Numbered from the stretch's first letter, positions 19,962-31,292 are shown. The stretch is 64,000 nt of DNA from Clostridiales bacterium (GCA_017480325.1 JAFVAY010000014.1:2498-66497); one strand, 5' to 3'. The notes: a model not told the origin generated them from the sequence alone. A program made the numbers and translations.

Positions 19962-21023
19962 ATGAAGACATTTAATTCTGACCTCTGGCAATATCTGACG
20001 CACATGTCCTCCGACGGCCGCCCCATCGTGCTCTACGGCACCGGCGACGGAGCGGACAAGATCATCCGCGTACTCGAAAATGTTAATGTGCCTATCAGCG
20101 GGATCTTCGCGAGCCCCGGCTTTGTGCGTAACAGAAGCTTCCATGATATTAAGGTAGAGTCCTTCGAGGACTGCTATGCGCGCTTTGGGGATACCATGAT
20201 AATCCTTATGTGCTTCGGCTCCTCCCGGCCGGAGGTACTCTCTTATGCGGATTTCTTAAGAAGTAAATGTGAGCTCTATGCGCCGGACGTCCCGGTATAC
20301 GGGAATAATCTTTTTGATCTTAACTTCTATAATTCCAATTACGATGCCCTGTTGAAGGTCCGGTCCCTGCTCGCGGACGAGGCTTCCGTTAAGACCTTCG
20401 ACGATATCATCGCGGCGCGCCTTACAGGGGATGTATCGTATCTCAAGGACTGTGAGGTGTCACAGGAAGAATCGGATGCTCTACTTAATACTTCTCGCGA
20501 AGGACTCATGATCGATCTCGGCGCCTATAACGGCGACACCGTCCTAAGATATCGTCCGATGTTCTCTTCTCTAACCGGAATCATTGCAGTAGAACCCGAT
20601 TCACGTAATATGAGAAAGCTTCGCGAGAACACCTCTGAGCTTGACATCAATATAGATCATATTCAAGCCTTCATCTCCGATAAGGAAGGAAGTGTCATGA
20701 GCGACAGAAACCTCGGCCGTGGCACCTCGGCGGCTAAAGGAAACAAGATCGAGATCCCCACTGTTACCATCGACGGATTGGTTAATAACAGACCGGTGGC
20801 CTTTATCAAATTCGATGTGGAAGGCAGCGAGCTTGAAGCGCTTAACGGCGGTACGATATCCATAAGGAACAACAAACCGATGATGTGCGTTGCCTGCTAT
20901 CACAGAAGCGAGGACCTCTTCGCGTTACCGCTCAAGGTCCTCAACATTAATCCTGATTATAAAGTCTTTATGCGCCACACACCGTCGATTCCTGCGTGGG
21001 ACACGTATTTCTACTTCGTGTGA
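19962..21023 (+). CDS. FkbM family methyltransferase
   Basis: DLGAYNGD, VEPD and IKFDVEGSE motifs. Confidence 0.88.
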   Translation: MKTFNSDLWQYLTHMSSDGRPIVLYGTGDGADKIIRVLENVNVPISGIFASPGFVRNRSFHDIKVESFEDCYARFGDTMIILMCFGSSRPEVLSYADFLRSKCELYAPDVPVYGNNLFDLNFYNSNYDALLKVRSLLADEASVKTFDDIIAARLTGDVSYLKDCEVSQEESDALLNTSREGLMIDLGAYNGDTVLRYRPMFSSLTGIIAVEPDSRNMRKLRENTSELDINIDHIQAFISDKEGSVMSDRNLGRGTSAAKGNKIEIPTVTIDGLVNNRPVAFIKFDVEGSELEALNGGTISIRNNKPMMCVACYHRSEDLFALPLKVLNINPDYKVFMRHTPSIPAWDTYFYFV

Positions 21024-21032
21024 GCCTCCGTA

Positions 21033-21425
21033 TCAGCAGTCACCCTCTGCCTGCTCCGCTCTGGCACGGTCAATAACGGCCTTACGCGCCTCAGGTGAGA
21101 GGATGGTCGCCTTACCCGAAGCATCCACTCTTATGGCAGAACCGCAGTAAGCACAGAAGCTGATGGAGCTCTTCCTGATCGCGAGCTTGGCACCGCACCC
21201 CTGACAGTCGATGGCGACGCTCTCCTTCATGATCTTCTCTGCGATCTTACGCTGCTCCAGATTCTTGGACTCGGCAATAGCCCTTTGCTTCATCATCTCG
21301 GCTTCATGCCTGGAGGCCTCGCTTCTTGCCTGCGCCTCGAGCATGTCGTTATGGGACTCCACAGACCTTGCGATCTGAAGTCCGAGCTTTACCAGGTCAC
21401 CGATGTCAATTCCGTAATGTCTCAC
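21033..21425 (-). CDS. Hypothetical protein with zinc ribbon
   Basis: CQGCG...CAYCG; GTG start at 21425 after GGAGG. Confidence 0.7.
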   Translation of the reverse strand: MRHYGIDIGDLVKLGLQIARSVESHNDMLEAQARSEASRHEAEMMKQRAIAESKNLEQRKIAEKIMKESVAIDCQGCGAKLAIRKSSISFCAYCGSAIRVDASGKATILSPEARKAVIDRARAEQAEGDC

Positions 21426-21573
21426 TTTGTGATCCTCCTTCCCTTTTCCGTATATCATCATAAATTATCGGGGCCGCTTTATCAAATACCGCGTAAAAAT
21501 TTTCGAGATGATGTGACCTCCTGCCCCTGCCCTCCGTCTTATGGGTACAAAGGAAATACGGAGGGTATTTATC

Positions 21574-22701
21574 ATGAGAAAGACAACAAGATACATAGCA
21601 GCCGCGACGCTGTGTGCAGCGATGCTGATGACAGGCTGCGGAAGAAGCAATAAATCTGCTGATCAGAGGATCTCCGTTCATAACGACGAGGCAACATATA
21701 TCACCGCGGAGACGACGGCAGCCGTCGCTGAATATGAGCGAGGCTTCACCAATGAAGCATACTACGCCGCGGGAGCAACAGCAGATTACGGTAATGCGGA
21801 ATACGCCGCTTCGGACTACGAGGAATATTATGAGGCTCCGATGGAGACCTCAAGCAGCACGGCTTCCGCTCCTGCCAACGGAACGATCGCTCAGCAGTCC
21901 GACGTTCTTACGGACCGAATGCTGATAAGATATGTGACCATCTCCTGCGAGACCCTTAACTTCACACAGCTTACAAGCGACATCGAGGCTCAGGTCTCAA
22001 GCCTCGGCGGATATATCGAGAGCAAGAATTTCTACGGCACCGGCAACAATAACGATCTGAGGTCGGCCTCTTACACCATAAGAGTTGCTTCCGCTTCCCT
22101 GGATGCACTGGTAAACATGATCGGCAACGGTGCCACAGTCACATATTCTAACGAGAGCACAGAGGACGTCACCTTGTCCTATGCGGATACACAGGCGAGG
22201 ATCGAATCGCTTCGCGTCGAGCAGGAGACACTTAATAACCTTCTCTCGCAGGCAGACTCCCTGGACATCATCCTTCAGCTTCAGAACGAGCTTACCTACG
22301 TCAGATACCAGATCGAGAGCTACGAATCCCAGCTTCGCGTCCTCGAGAATCTCTCCTCCTACAGCACACTGACTCTTAACATCACTGAAGTTCTCGAGGA
22401 GACCGAGATAGAGGAGCCTCACATCAAGACCTACAGCGAGAAGATAAGCGACGCATTCCAGGACGGACTCGATCATGCGAAGAACACCTTCCAGGATCTG
22501 GGTCTGCAGATAGCCGAGAATGTGATCCCGATTGCTGTTATAATCATTCTTGTTATTGCCGCGATAATAGTTATCAAGGTAGTAACCAAGAAGATTAAGA
22601 AGAGAAGAGCTAAGGCTAAGGCTTCCGCTGAAGCGCAGATCAACACCAAGACAGCTGAGCCCGAAGTACAGAAGCCCTCAACAACGGATAATAAGGATTA
22701 A
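21574..22701 (+). CDS. DUF4349-like lipoprotein with C-terminal TM
   Basis: Lipobox MTGC; GGYIES, EDVTLSYAD, coiled coil and YSTLTLNITE, typical of DUF4349. Confidence 0.85.
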   Translation: MRKTTRYIAAATLCAAMLMTGCGRSNKSADQRISVHNDEATYITAETTAAVAEYERGFTNEAYYAAGATADYGNAEYAASDYEEYYEAPMETSSSTASAPANGTIAQQSDVLTDRMLIRYVTISCETLNFTQLTSDIEAQVSSLGGYIESKNFYGTGNNNDLRSASYTIRVASASLDALVNMIGNGATVTYSNESTEDVTLSYADTQARIESLRVEQETLNNLLSQADSLDIILQLQNELTYVRYQIESYESQLRVLENLSSYSTLTLNITEVLEETEIEEPHIKTYSEKISDAFQDGLDHAKNTFQDLGLQIAENVIPIAVIIILVIAAIIVIKVVTKKIKKRRAKAKASAEAQINTKTAEPEVQKPSTTDNKD

Positions 22702-22704
22702 GAT

Positions 22705-23841
22705 TTGAAAGTAGTTATCGCAACAGATTCATTTAAAGGCACGCTCACCTCCTACGAGGCGGGCGTTGCTATTAAGGAAGGAATTCTCCGTGCAAATCCC
22801 GAAGCAGAGGTCATCGTAAGAGGCATCGCTGACGGAGGTGAAGGGACCTTCGACGTCATAACCAAGGCCTGCGGCGGAAGCTTCGCAGAGGTTAAAGTTC
22901 CGGGGCCGTTGTTCAAGGAAGTAACTGCCCGCTACGGGATCATCGAAGATCCCTCCTCCCGCCGTACCACAGCCGTAATCGACATCAGTCAGGCCTGTGG
23001 TCTGACTCTGGTCCCGCCGAAGCTTCGAGATCCTCTTTATACCACCAGTGCCGGCGTGGGGCGCATAATACTCGATGCACTCGACAGAGGCTGCAGAAGG
23101 TTCATCATAGGTCTCGGAGGAAGCGCGACCAACGACTGCGGCACGGGAATGCTTCAGGCACTCGGGATCAGACTTAAAGACAGCGAAGGTGGCGAGATCG
23201 ATGTCGGCGCGCTGGGACTCGCGGAGCTTAGCAGAATAGATGAAACGCGCTTCGACGAACGAATCGGTGAATCAGAATTCCTTATCGCCTGTGATGTTAA
23301 TAATCCGCTTACCGGCGAGAATGGCTGCAGTATGGTGTATGCGCCTCAGAAGGGGGCCTCGGAGGAAGCCTGCAGAAGGATGGACGGGTGGATCGAAGCC
23401 TTCGCGAGGCTTGTTAAGCTTAAGCATCCTGATGCCGATCCGTCGCTTCCCGGAGCAGGTGCGGCCGGCGGGCTGGGCTTCACCTTCAGGACCTTCTTCG
23501 ACGGAGAAATGGTGTCGGGCGCCAAGCTCGTTGCCCAACAGACCCGGCTTGTGGACTACGTTATTGACGCTGATATAATAATTACCGGAGAGGGCAGGCT
23601 CGACGGGCAGACTCTAATGGGTAAAGCCCCTCATGCCGTCGCGAGACTCGGGGCCTTCGCAGGTGCCAAGGTCATCGCATTCGCAGGTTGCCTCGGAGCT
23701 GATGCTGCCGAACTATATAAACACGGCTTCGACGAGATCTACTCCATCTCTGAGAGAGTAGGCATCGAGGAATCCATGCGGGAAGCGGCTTCTCTTCTTA
23801 CACAGAAAGCTTACGAGGTATTTGATGGAAGAACAATTTGA
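22705..23841 (+). CDS. glxK: Glycerate kinase
   Basis: DSFKGTL, ADGGEGT, GLGGSATND, GAGAAGG and TGEGRLD motifs. Confidence 0.92.
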   Translation: MKVVIATDSFKGTLTSYEAGVAIKEGILRANPEAEVIVRGIADGGEGTFDVITKACGGSFAEVKVPGPLFKEVTARYGIIEDPSSRRTTAVIDISQACGLTLVPPKLRDPLYTTSAGVGRIILDALDRGCRRFIIGLGGSATNDCGTGMLQALGIRLKDSEGGEIDVGALGLAELSRIDETRFDERIGESEFLIACDVNNPLTGENGCSMVYAPQKGASEEACRRMDGWIEAFARLVKLKHPDADPSLPGAGAAGGLGFTFRTFFDGEMVSGAKLVAQQTRLVDYVIDADIIITGEGRLDGQTLMGKAPHAVARLGAFAGAKVIAFAGCLGADAAELYKHGFDEIYSISERVGIEESMREAASLLTQKAYEVFDGRTI

Positions 23842-24541
23842 GAGACTGGAGCTTCTTATAGGAGAGGATGGGATCGATAGGCTTAAGGCCTCGACCGTCG
23901 CCGTGTTCGGAATCGGCGGCGTTGGCGGCTATGTCGCAGAGGCGCTGGCCCGCTCAGGCGTGGGCTCCTTCATGCTGTGCGATAACGACGTGGTCTCGAT
24001 CACTAATCTTAACCGCCAGATAATCGCACTTCATTCCACCATAGGCAGGGCAAAGGTCGACGTGATGGCTGAGAGAATCCGCGACATCAATCCTGACGCT
24101 CGAGTTGAAGTTAAAAGGTGCTTCTTCCTGCCAGAGACTGCCTCCGAATTCGACTTCCCTTCCTACGACTACGTCGCCGACTGTGTGGACACGGTAGCTG
24201 CAAAGCTCGAGATCATCGCACGCGCCAAAGCAAACGGCGTGCCGGTAATATCCTCCATGGGCGCAGGCGGCAAGCTTAACCCCGCCATGTTCGAGGTCGC
24301 CGATATAAGCCGGACCTCTGTCTGCCCCCTCGCGAAAATCATGCGTCGCGAATTAAGAAGCCGCGGCATAACCGATGTAAAAGTCGTCTACTCTAAGGAA
24401 CCGCCTATCCGTAATATCGTCGGCGGAGCGGCAGATCCCGACACTGGCCGCCACGTCCCCGGCTCCTCCGCCTTTACCCCCTCCGTCGCCGGCCTCATCA
24501 TCGCCGGCGAGATCGTGAAGGATTTGATAAAGCGCCATTAA
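23825..24541 (+). CDS. tcdA: tRNA threonylcarbamoyladenosine dehydratase (ThiF family)
   Basis: GIGGVG, TNLNRQ, SSMGAG and CPLAK motifs. Confidence 0.88.
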   Translation: MEEQFERLELLIGEDGIDRLKASTVAVFGIGGVGGYVAEALARSGVGSFMLCDNDVVSITNLNRQIIALHSTIGRAKVDVMAERIRDINPDARVEVKRCFFLPETASEFDFPSYDYVADCVDTVAAKLEIIARAKANGVPVISSMGAGGKLNPAMFEVADISRTSVCPLAKIMRRELRSRGITDVKVVYSKEPPIRNIVGGAADPDTGRHVPGSSAFTPSVAGLIIAGEIVKDLIKRH

Positions 24542-26181
24542 TCTCCCGTCAGTACGGCTACATAATACCCGGGAAGCTCCAGCGAGCCGCCGGACAAAAC
24601 TGCCTCATCATAGGACACAGCCAGCACGGCAGACAGCTGATCATAGGGCAGCGAAGAAACATCCACCGTACAAGCTTCAGCAGATGTATTAATCACTATC
24701 AACACGGGCGTATTCCCGTTATCATCAGCCTTCTCTATTACGCACACCGACTCGTTCGACAGCTCATCGTGATATATGCACTCGCCCGAAGAGATCACCG
24801 GAAAATAAGACCTGAGCAATACAGCCTGCCGGTAATAATTATAGATAGACAGAGGGTCATTCATCTGCTCCTCCGCCGAAGGGTACTTCATCTCGAACGA
24901 CCCCATTCCTTCGGGCCCGTCACAAAGTCCCGCATAGGTCGGATCGGCACTCCAGTACATCGGCGCACGGAAATTCTCATCAGAGCCCGCGCCCTTCATT
25001 CCTATCTCCTCGCCGTAATATACGAACGATCGTCCGCTCATAAGAAGATTCATAGCTCCCGCGAGCCTCACACGATAGGACGCCTCATCCCCGGCATAAT
25101 ACCCGGCAGAACGCCCCATATCGTGATTCGTATAGAAAGATGCATCAGACGACAGAGGCACTCCTCCGAGCTCCAGCAACCGAGTCTGATACGCCTCGAT
25201 CGAAGACCCGTAATACGATGCCGGCGCCTGACCGTTAGCTACCCTCGCGATCACGCCGCTCTGCCCGGAGAACGAGAAATTGAACATCCCGTCTACACCG
25301 CTTCCGTAATACGGAATATACGTCAGCTCATCCGTCCACGCCTCGCACACGATATACGCATCGGGAAAATCGGCCTTAACATAATCATTAAACCAGGATA
25401 GATAATTTATATTGCTCTGATCCGACCCGGAATAATAATACGTCGTAGCATCAAGTCTGAAGCCGTCAACACCTATAGACAGCCAGTAATCCGCTATATC
25501 CGCCAGCTCCTCGCGAAGACTCTCGTTATCGAGGTTAAGATCCGGCATTCCCGACCAGAACTGCGCCTCATAATAAACCTCTGAATCCGGAAGCTTAGAA
25601 TACCCGCTCCCGCCGTCAAGATTGAAGTTATAGTAATCAACATACAGACACTCTTCCGCGGCGGCTTCAAGCTCCACCTCAGACGTGCACTCGCGCACCG
25701 CCTCCGACGCCTCGACGAACCACTCGTTCTCCACCGAGGTATGGTTCATCACCAGATCAGTTATAACCTTTATCCCGCGGGCGTGACTCTCCTCTATCAA
25801 GATCTCAAGATCCTCGATAGTCCCGAACTCCGGATCTATCTCGCGGTAATCTGCGACATCGTACTTATGGTATGTCGGCGACTTACATATCGGCGTCAGC
25901 CATATCATGTCGAATCCCATACCGTCGATGTAATCAAGGGACTCCGTCACTCCCGCCAGGTCTCCGACGCCGTCACCGTTACTGTCCCGATACGAACCTA
26001 CGAAGATCTCATAAGCAGCATTAGACACCCCTGCCGGAGTCAATGAATCATTGAGCGTATTCATCTGCGTTCTTTGATCCAAGCTGCCGTCATCGGTCCG
26101 CATATTAAAACACGCCGATACCAATATCGACGTGCTGAGTATTAACGCTACAGTGCCCGCCCCCTTAAGGCTTCTTCTCAC
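24538..26181 (-). CDS. GH13 alpha-amylase family lipoprotein
   Basis: Lipobox VSAC; DLVMNH, GFRLDA, EAW and NHD conserved regions. Confidence 0.9.
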   Translation of the reverse strand: MRRSLKGAGTVALILSTSILVSACFNMRTDDGSLDQRTQMNTLNDSLTPAGVSNAAYEIFVGSYRDSNGDGVGDLAGVTESLDYIDGMGFDMIWLTPICKSPTYHKYDVADYREIDPEFGTIEDLEILIEESHARGIKVITDLVMNHTSVENEWFVEASEAVRECTSEVELEAAAEECLYVDYYNFNLDGGSGYSKLPDSEVYYEAQFWSGMPDLNLDNESLREELADIADYWLSIGVDGFRLDATTYYYSGSDQSNINYLSWFNDYVKADFPDAYIVCEAWTDELTYIPYYGSGVDGMFNFSFSGQSGVIARVANGQAPASYYGSSIEAYQTRLLELGGVPLSSDASFYTNHDMGRSAGYYAGDEASYRVRLAGAMNLLMSGRSFVYYGEEIGMKGAGSDENFRAPMYWSADPTYAGLCDGPEGMGSFEMKYPSAEEQMNDPLSIYNYYRQAVLLRSYFPVISSGECIYHDELSNESVCVIEKADDNGNTPVLIVINTSAEACTVDVSSLPYDQLSAVLAVSYDEAVLSGGSLELPGYYVAVLTGD

Positions 26182-26672
26182 CTCATGCTCTCCATGACTC
26201 TGTTGAAGATATTGATGGCATTCGTCTCCACAGAATCGCCCTCAACTCTTGCATAATAATGCTTCTTGAACACCACCTCGAAAAGCCCGTGAAGCGGTGC
26301 ATATTCCACATCATCGAAGTTGCCGTGAAGAATAATATAATCAGGGTCACCTGACAGACTTACAAGTGTCTCGGCCGTCTCCACCACGTTCTTCTCGATG
26401 CCCACAAGTCCGTTAGTGTCGAACAGACTGGGCTCACCGCTCACGATAACGATAACGGTGTGAAGTCCGTTAAGCTTGGATCTTAATGAATAGCACAGCT
26501 CCTTGCGATCCTCGGATGTACCTCCGCCTACGATAACAAGCTTAGTTGTTGAAGGTAATGTATTCTCCGGATCATCCACAAAGGTCTGAAGCTTCGCAGC
26601 ATTAGAAGGATCCCAATGCTCAGCGGCACGTTCAACAAAATAATCCAGAGCTTCAATTCCTACACCAAGCAT
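26178..26672 (-). CDS. Hypothetical protein
   Basis: ORF with GGAGG RBS, translationally coupled to the amylase gene. Confidence 0.65.
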   Translation of the reverse strand: MLGVGIEALDYFVERAAEHWDPSNAAKLQTFVDDPENTLPSTTKLVIVGGGTSEDRKELCYSLRSKLNGLHTVIVIVSGEPSLFDTNGLVGIEKNVVETAETLVSLSGDPDYIILHGNFDDVEYAPLHGLFEVVFKKHYYARVEGDSVETNAINIFNRVMESMR

Positions 26673-26758
26673 AGACGGTCCCTCCGAGACTTACAAATAT
26701 TAGAAAGTATTGCAGATTATATTACCACAAATAGCGCCGTTATCGCAATTAACCGGCC

Positions 26759-27934
26759 CTATAAGATAAACCTTCTTCCAAGCTTGATACCAAGCTTATA
26801 GTACCAGGGCTCCAGCCTACGGTCCGCTTCCTTCAGTGTCTTTATGATCTCAATATTCTGCGGACAATGCCTCTCACACTTTCCACATCCTATACAAAGT
26901 GACGGCAGACCGGGATTATCCTGAAGAGCGATGGACTGAATAAATTCCGTCCTGCCTCTGCTCTTCCCCTCCGAATACATATGGTTATAGCATCTGAACA
27001 CGCCCGGGATATCAACTCCCTGAGGACACGGCATACAGTATCTGCAGCCGGTGCAGTTCACCTTCGTTGTCTTACGTATCTCTTCCTTGATACTCTCGAT
27101 AAGCTCGAAGTCCTCTTCCGTGAACTCTCCGGCCTGCGCCTCAGACGCGCTTTTACAGTTCTCGAGGACCATCTGCTCAGAATTCATACCGGACAGCACA
27201 CATGTCACCTCGGGCTGATTCCACAGCCACCGGAAAGCCCATTCGGCAGGGCTCCAGCCTCTGGCGTTGGCATTTACCTTGTCGCGCGCTCCCTCGGGAA
27301 GCTCTGCCAGCTTACCGCCTCTTAAGGGCTCCATAATAACTACCGGTACCCCCTTCTGTGCCGCCGCCTTAAGGCCCGCGACACCGGCCTGTGTAGTCTC
27401 GTCTATGTAGTTATACTGGATCTGACAGAAGTCCCAGTCGTAATCGTTAAGTATCTCCAGAAAACCCTCGGTATCGCCGTGATAGGAGAAGCCGACATTA
27501 ATGATCTCACCCGACTCCTTCTTACGCTGAAGCCATTCTCCGGCCCCCACCGCCTTGAGCTTATTCCACGCGGAAACATCAGTTAAGTGGTGCATCAGGT
27601 AGTAATCAACGTGATCCGTGCGAAGACGCTTCTTCTCCTCGTCGAAGAACTTATCCAAAGCCTTGGGATTGTTACCCACGAGATACTGAGGAAGCTTAGT
27701 CGCGATTTTGACCTTGTCGCGGACCTTGTTCTCCTCCAGGATCTGCCCCAGCGCGACCTCGCTTCCGGGGTAGATATAAGCCGTATCGAAGTAATTCACG
27801 CCGTTCTCGATGGCAAGCATGATCTCCCTCGATGCCTTCTCAAGATCGATCTTGCCGCCCTTCTGCGTGAAGCGCATACAGCCGTAGCCGAGGATCGATA
27901 CAGGTTCTCCGTGCTTGTCATTTCTGTAATTCAT
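26759..27934 (-). CDS. Aldo/keto reductase with C-terminal 4Fe-4S dicluster
   Basis: GYGCMR, YFDTAYIY, MEPLRGG, CTGCRYCMPCP and CIGCGKCERHCP; start reassigned to ATG 27934. Confidence 0.92.
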   Translation of the reverse strand: MNYRNDKHGEPVSILGYGCMRFTQKGGKIDLEKASREIMLAIENGVNYFDTAYIYPGSEVALGQILEENKVRDKVKIATKLPQYLVGNNPKALDKFFDEEKKRLRTDHVDYYLMHHLTDVSAWNKLKAVGAGEWLQRKKESGEIINVGFSYHGDTEGFLEILNDYDWDFCQIQYNYIDETTQAGVAGLKAAAQKGVPVVIMEPLRGGKLAELPEGARDKVNANARGWSPAEWAFRWLWNQPEVTCVLSGMNSEQMVLENCKSASEAQAGEFTEEDFELIESIKEEIRKTTKVNCTGCRYCMPCPQGVDIPGVFRCYNHMYSEGKSRGRTEFIQSIALQDNPGLPSLCIGCGKCERHCPQNIEIIKTLKEADRRLEPWYYKLGIKLGRRFIL

Positions 27935-27972
27935 ACTATGACTATACGGGGTCAAGGAATATAAAGCAATAT

Positions 27973-28008
27973 AAAAAGACTGCTCGAGGCAGCTCAAGCA
28001 GTCTTTTT
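27973..28008. terminator. Rho-independent terminator after gpmA
   Basis: AAAAAGACTGCT...AGCAGTCTTTTT. Confidence 0.8.
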
Positions 28009-28037
28009 ACATATAAAGCAGGGAGTAATTGTTCTGA

Positions 28038-28790
28038 TTACTGCTTCTTGGCACCCTGATTGGCAACGGCCTTCATCTTCGCTTCGATGGCAGCCTGATC
28101 TCCCAGATATCTGTGGGATATCGCCTTGAAGTCATCGCCTAATTCATAGACAAGAGGTGTACCGGTAGGGATGTTAAGACCTAAGATATCCTCGTCAGAG
28201 ATGCCGTCCAGATACTTAACGAGAGCTCTTAAGGAATTGCCGTGAGCCGCGATAAGTACACTCTTGCCCGCTCTGATCTGAGGAACGATCTCCTCGAGAT
28301 AATAAGGAATTACTCTCTCGATGGTTGTCTCGAGGCTCTCCGTCAGAGGAAGGAAATACTTATCAACATACTTATATGCAGGCTGATTCGCGGGATTTCT
28401 CTCGTCGGACTCCTCTAAGGCCGGCGGCTTAACGTCGAAGGAGCGTCTCCAGATCTTGACCTGATCCTCGCCATACTTCTCAGCGGTCTCAGACTTGTTA
28501 AGACCCTGCAGAGCACCGTAGTGACGCTCGTTTAATTTCCATGACTTGATCTGAGGAATATAGATCTCATCCATCTCATCAAGAACGAGGTTAGCGGTAT
28601 GGATGGCGCGCTTAAGGACCGACGTGAAGCAGATATCGAAGGTGATGCCCTCTTCCTTAAGAAGACGTCCGCCGTTTCTGGCCTCCTCCCTTCCTGTGTC
28701 AGACAGATCCACGTCCGTCCATCCGGTGAAGAGATTAGCCTTATTCCACTCGGATTCACCGTGTCTTATAAGAACGATTCTGTAGCTCAT
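28038..28790 (-). CDS. gpmA: 2,3-bisphosphoglycerate-dependent phosphoglycerate mutase
   Basis: [19 protein letters not shown] and AHGNSLR motifs. Confidence 0.97.
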   Translation of the reverse strand: MSYRIVLIRHGESEWNKANLFTGWTDVDLSDTGREEARNGGRLLKEEGITFDICFTSVLKRAIHTANLVLDEMDEIYIPQIKSWKLNERHYGALQGLNKSETAEKYGEDQVKIWRRSFDVKPPALEESDERNPANQPAYKYVDKYFLPLTESLETTIERVIPYYLEEIVPQIRAGKSVLIAAHGNSLRALVKYLDGISDEDILGLNIPTGTPLVYELGDDFKAISHRYLGDQAAIEAKMKAVANQGAKKQ

Positions 28791-28887
28791 ACTTGATCTC
28801 CTATAATGATTAGTTATTACTATTATTAGTTAGTTATGCCTAACTATAACAATAGCAATACCCGCTGTCAAGGTCGATAAAGGAAGA

Positions 28888-29814
28888 TCAGGAAGCCTTA
28901 TCGGCTCTCCGCGACAAGGGAAGCTTTACATTAAGAAGTACTACCGCCGTAAGCACAAGAACGACTCCCAGAACTGACGGGACGGTGCAAGGTTCATGGT
29001 AGTAGATGATACCAAGAAGTGACGCCACCACCGGCTCGATGGAGGCAATCACCGAGGCCTTGCCGTTCTCGAGTCCCGTAAGGCCGTAGGTATAAAGAAG
29101 ATAGGGTACGAAGCTTGTTACGACCCCGGTTATTATGCAGAATGTGAAGCTTCCCGCCCCGGAGAACATAGAGGCGAGAGCTGATGTGGGACGCCATATG
29201 ATCATGGCTCCTATGGTAGCCAGAAGGCAGGAGTAGAAGTTTATGGTAAGGCTGTTGTAGCCCTTCTCGAGCGCGAATCTTGAGAATATCGTGTAAAGCG
29301 CGTATCCCACGCCGGCGCCGATGCCGAACAGCAGCCCCGTGCCCGTTATACTTATGCCTCCCGCGACTCCCGACACAAGACAGCAGCCTATGAAGGCAAG
29401 TCCCACCGACAGAAGCTTAATGGGAGTTATCCTCTCCTTGAACAGTATCGCCGACAGCAGGGTGACGACCGACGGCGCGATATAAAGAAGTATCGCCGCG
29501 GCAGACAGGCTCATCATGGAGATGGCAGAGAAGTAGCAGAATGTGAAGAACAGAAGACTCAGAAGCCCTGCACCCAGGAAGCACCACGCATCCTTGGCTT
29601 TCATCTTGAACCTCGAGAGATCCGTAAGAAGCAGTATCAAGCCGTAAGCGACAGCGGAGAAGCCATAGCGAATAACGATGGCCCCCTCGGAGCCGATCCC
29701 CATGGTCGCGAGATTTCTTGTAAAAAATCCCATAAAACCCCAGCAGATGCCTGCTGTAAGTACTGCCGCTATCTTGCTTCTCAAGCCTTTTCCCTCCTTC
29801 TTCTCCAAAGCCAC
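28888..29814 (-). CDS. EamA/DMT family transporter
   Basis: About 10 TM in two EamA repeats; ASIEPV motif. Confidence 0.9.
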   Translation of the reverse strand: MALEKKEGKGLRSKIAAVLTAGICWGFMGFFTRNLATMGIGSEGAIVIRYGFSAVAYGLILLLTDLSRFKMKAKDAWCFLGAGLLSLLFFTFCYFSAISMMSLSAAAILLYIAPSVVTLLSAILFKERITPIKLLSVGLAFIGCCLVSGVAGGISITGTGLLFGIGAGVGYALYTIFSRFALEKGYNSLTINFYSCLLATIGAMIIWRPTSALASMFSGAGSFTFCIITGVVTSFVPYLLYTYGLTGLENGKASVIASIEPVVASLLGIIYYHEPCTVPSVLGVVLVLTAVVLLNVKLPLSRRADKAS

Positions 29815-29907
29815 TCAATACTATTATTAGAAGTGCCAAAAGTAAAGTAGTCCCCCCCACCGCCTCATATGTTAAGATTTGTTGAGAAACTGATATAGGG
29901 GGACAGC

Positions 29908-31218
29908 ATGGCAGGTAAGAAGGATTCGTTCTACTCTTCGTCCGGAGAGCATTTCTGGAAAGACTTTGACGACAGGGAGAGAAGCTTTATCGCCGAGACG
30001 ATAAAGGGCGATTGTAAAAGAGGCAACTCATCGTTTTATTTCCTGATAATATTAATGATCTTTGCCTTTCTCTACGGGATATATCACCTGATTACGGGAT
30101 CGAAGGAGCTCGGATCAATCTATCTTTTCCTCATGCTGGTAACACCGCCTCTAATGCTTCCCATGTTCATAAGTGCTCATATCAGCAACAGAAGATATCT
30201 GGCTAAGGCCGCGGAGGGGCGCTTCAAGTCCCGTCACGTAAGGATCGTGGACAGGAAGATCACCGCTAAGCTTACCGCCACCTACACTGTATGGCTCGAA
30301 TCCACGGACGGTGATATCAAGGATACCGCCACAGTAGATATCGAGAGAGGCCTCTATGAGAAGATGCCGGTAGGCATGACGGGAAGATTCGTAAGGATCG
30401 ATGACGAACCCGTTAAGCTTCTGGTAAGCCCCTACTGGTTCATCTCCGACACAGATCCCAAGACTATAGCCTACGCTCCTTCTAATCCCGTAAGCCTTAA
30501 CTCACAAGGTCAGTCCTTCGGACAGCAGGCCGCTACCGTTACACCGATCATTGCCGCTGCACCCTCAAGTGACGAGCGGGAGAAGATCAAGAAAGCATAT
30601 CGTAAGACTAACGGCAACCGCCTTGCCATGGCGGTTCTGACTGCTCTTCTTTTTCTCATCGGCGGTCTCTACCTTATAGGCGGAGCAATAACCTTATACA
30701 ACAGCGGCGACCGATCCATGTCACTTATCGGAATATTCACATGTATCCCGGCGGCGGTAATAGTATCGATATATTTCATACGATCTGTCCTTACGAAGAA
30801 GAAGCTTGCCCTTCTTATCTGGGCACTATGGCTCAACCTTAACGTCTTCGGTCTGTTTGCTATCGTGTATCCCGAATTTCCGCTGGCAGCGAGGATCGCG
30901 GTCATAGTCGGCCTTCTTCTTATTAACATCGGAGTTCTCCCTCTGGCCCACAGCGATTACATCAAGGCCTGGAAGGAGATCTGCGCCGGTACCTACACGA
31001 TACAGCCGGCAATGGTCAGAAGCATCAACATAGTTCGTCGCTACATATACCCGTTCTTCCTCATCAGCCTTTGCTCCTGCATAATCGAGACCGAGAGCGG
31101 GCAGACCTACGAGATCGATATCCCTAACGGTCAGCGTAAACACCTAAGGGAAGACACAGAGGGAAAGCTCTTAATCCTCGACGAGGATACGAGCCAAAGA
31201 ATGTTTCTCGACGTATAA
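29908..31218 (+). CDS. Hypothetical membrane protein with two similar modules
   Basis: Two TM blocks, each followed by a similar beta-rich domain. Confidence 0.7.
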   Translation: MAGKKDSFYSSSGEHFWKDFDDRERSFIAETIKGDCKRGNSSFYFLIILMIFAFLYGIYHLITGSKELGSIYLFLMLVTPPLMLPMFISAHISNRRYLAKAAEGRFKSRHVRIVDRKITAKLTATYTVWLESTDGDIKDTATVDIERGLYEKMPVGMTGRFVRIDDEPVKLLVSPYWFISDTDPKTIAYAPSNPVSLNSQGQSFGQQAATVTPIIAAAPSSDEREKIKKAYRKTNGNRLAMAVLTALLFLIGGLYLIGGAITLYNSGDRSMSLIGIFTCIPAAVIVSIYFIRSVLTKKKLALLIWALWLNLNVFGLFAIVYPEFPLAARIAVIVGLLLINIGVLPLAHSDYIKAWKEICAGTYTIQPAMVRSINIVRRYIYPFFLISLCSCIIETESGQTYEIDIPNGQRKHLREDTEGKLLILDEDTSQRMFLDV

Positions 31219-31230
31219 GACGTATAAAGT

Positions 31231-31260
31231 AAAGGACTGCCCGAGCTCGAGCAGTCCTTA
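31231..31260. terminator. Bidirectional terminator between convergent genes
   Basis: AAGGACTGC...GCAGTCCTT; similar to the 27973 hairpin. Confidence 0.7.
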
Positions 31261-31292
31261 ATTAATTCACTTAAAAGATCTTATAAGATCCG

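Noticed and set aside
29850-29904. C7 tract and complementary G5 in a divergent promoter region
   Set aside because: Tract too short to argue for phase variation; the G run is simply the RBS.
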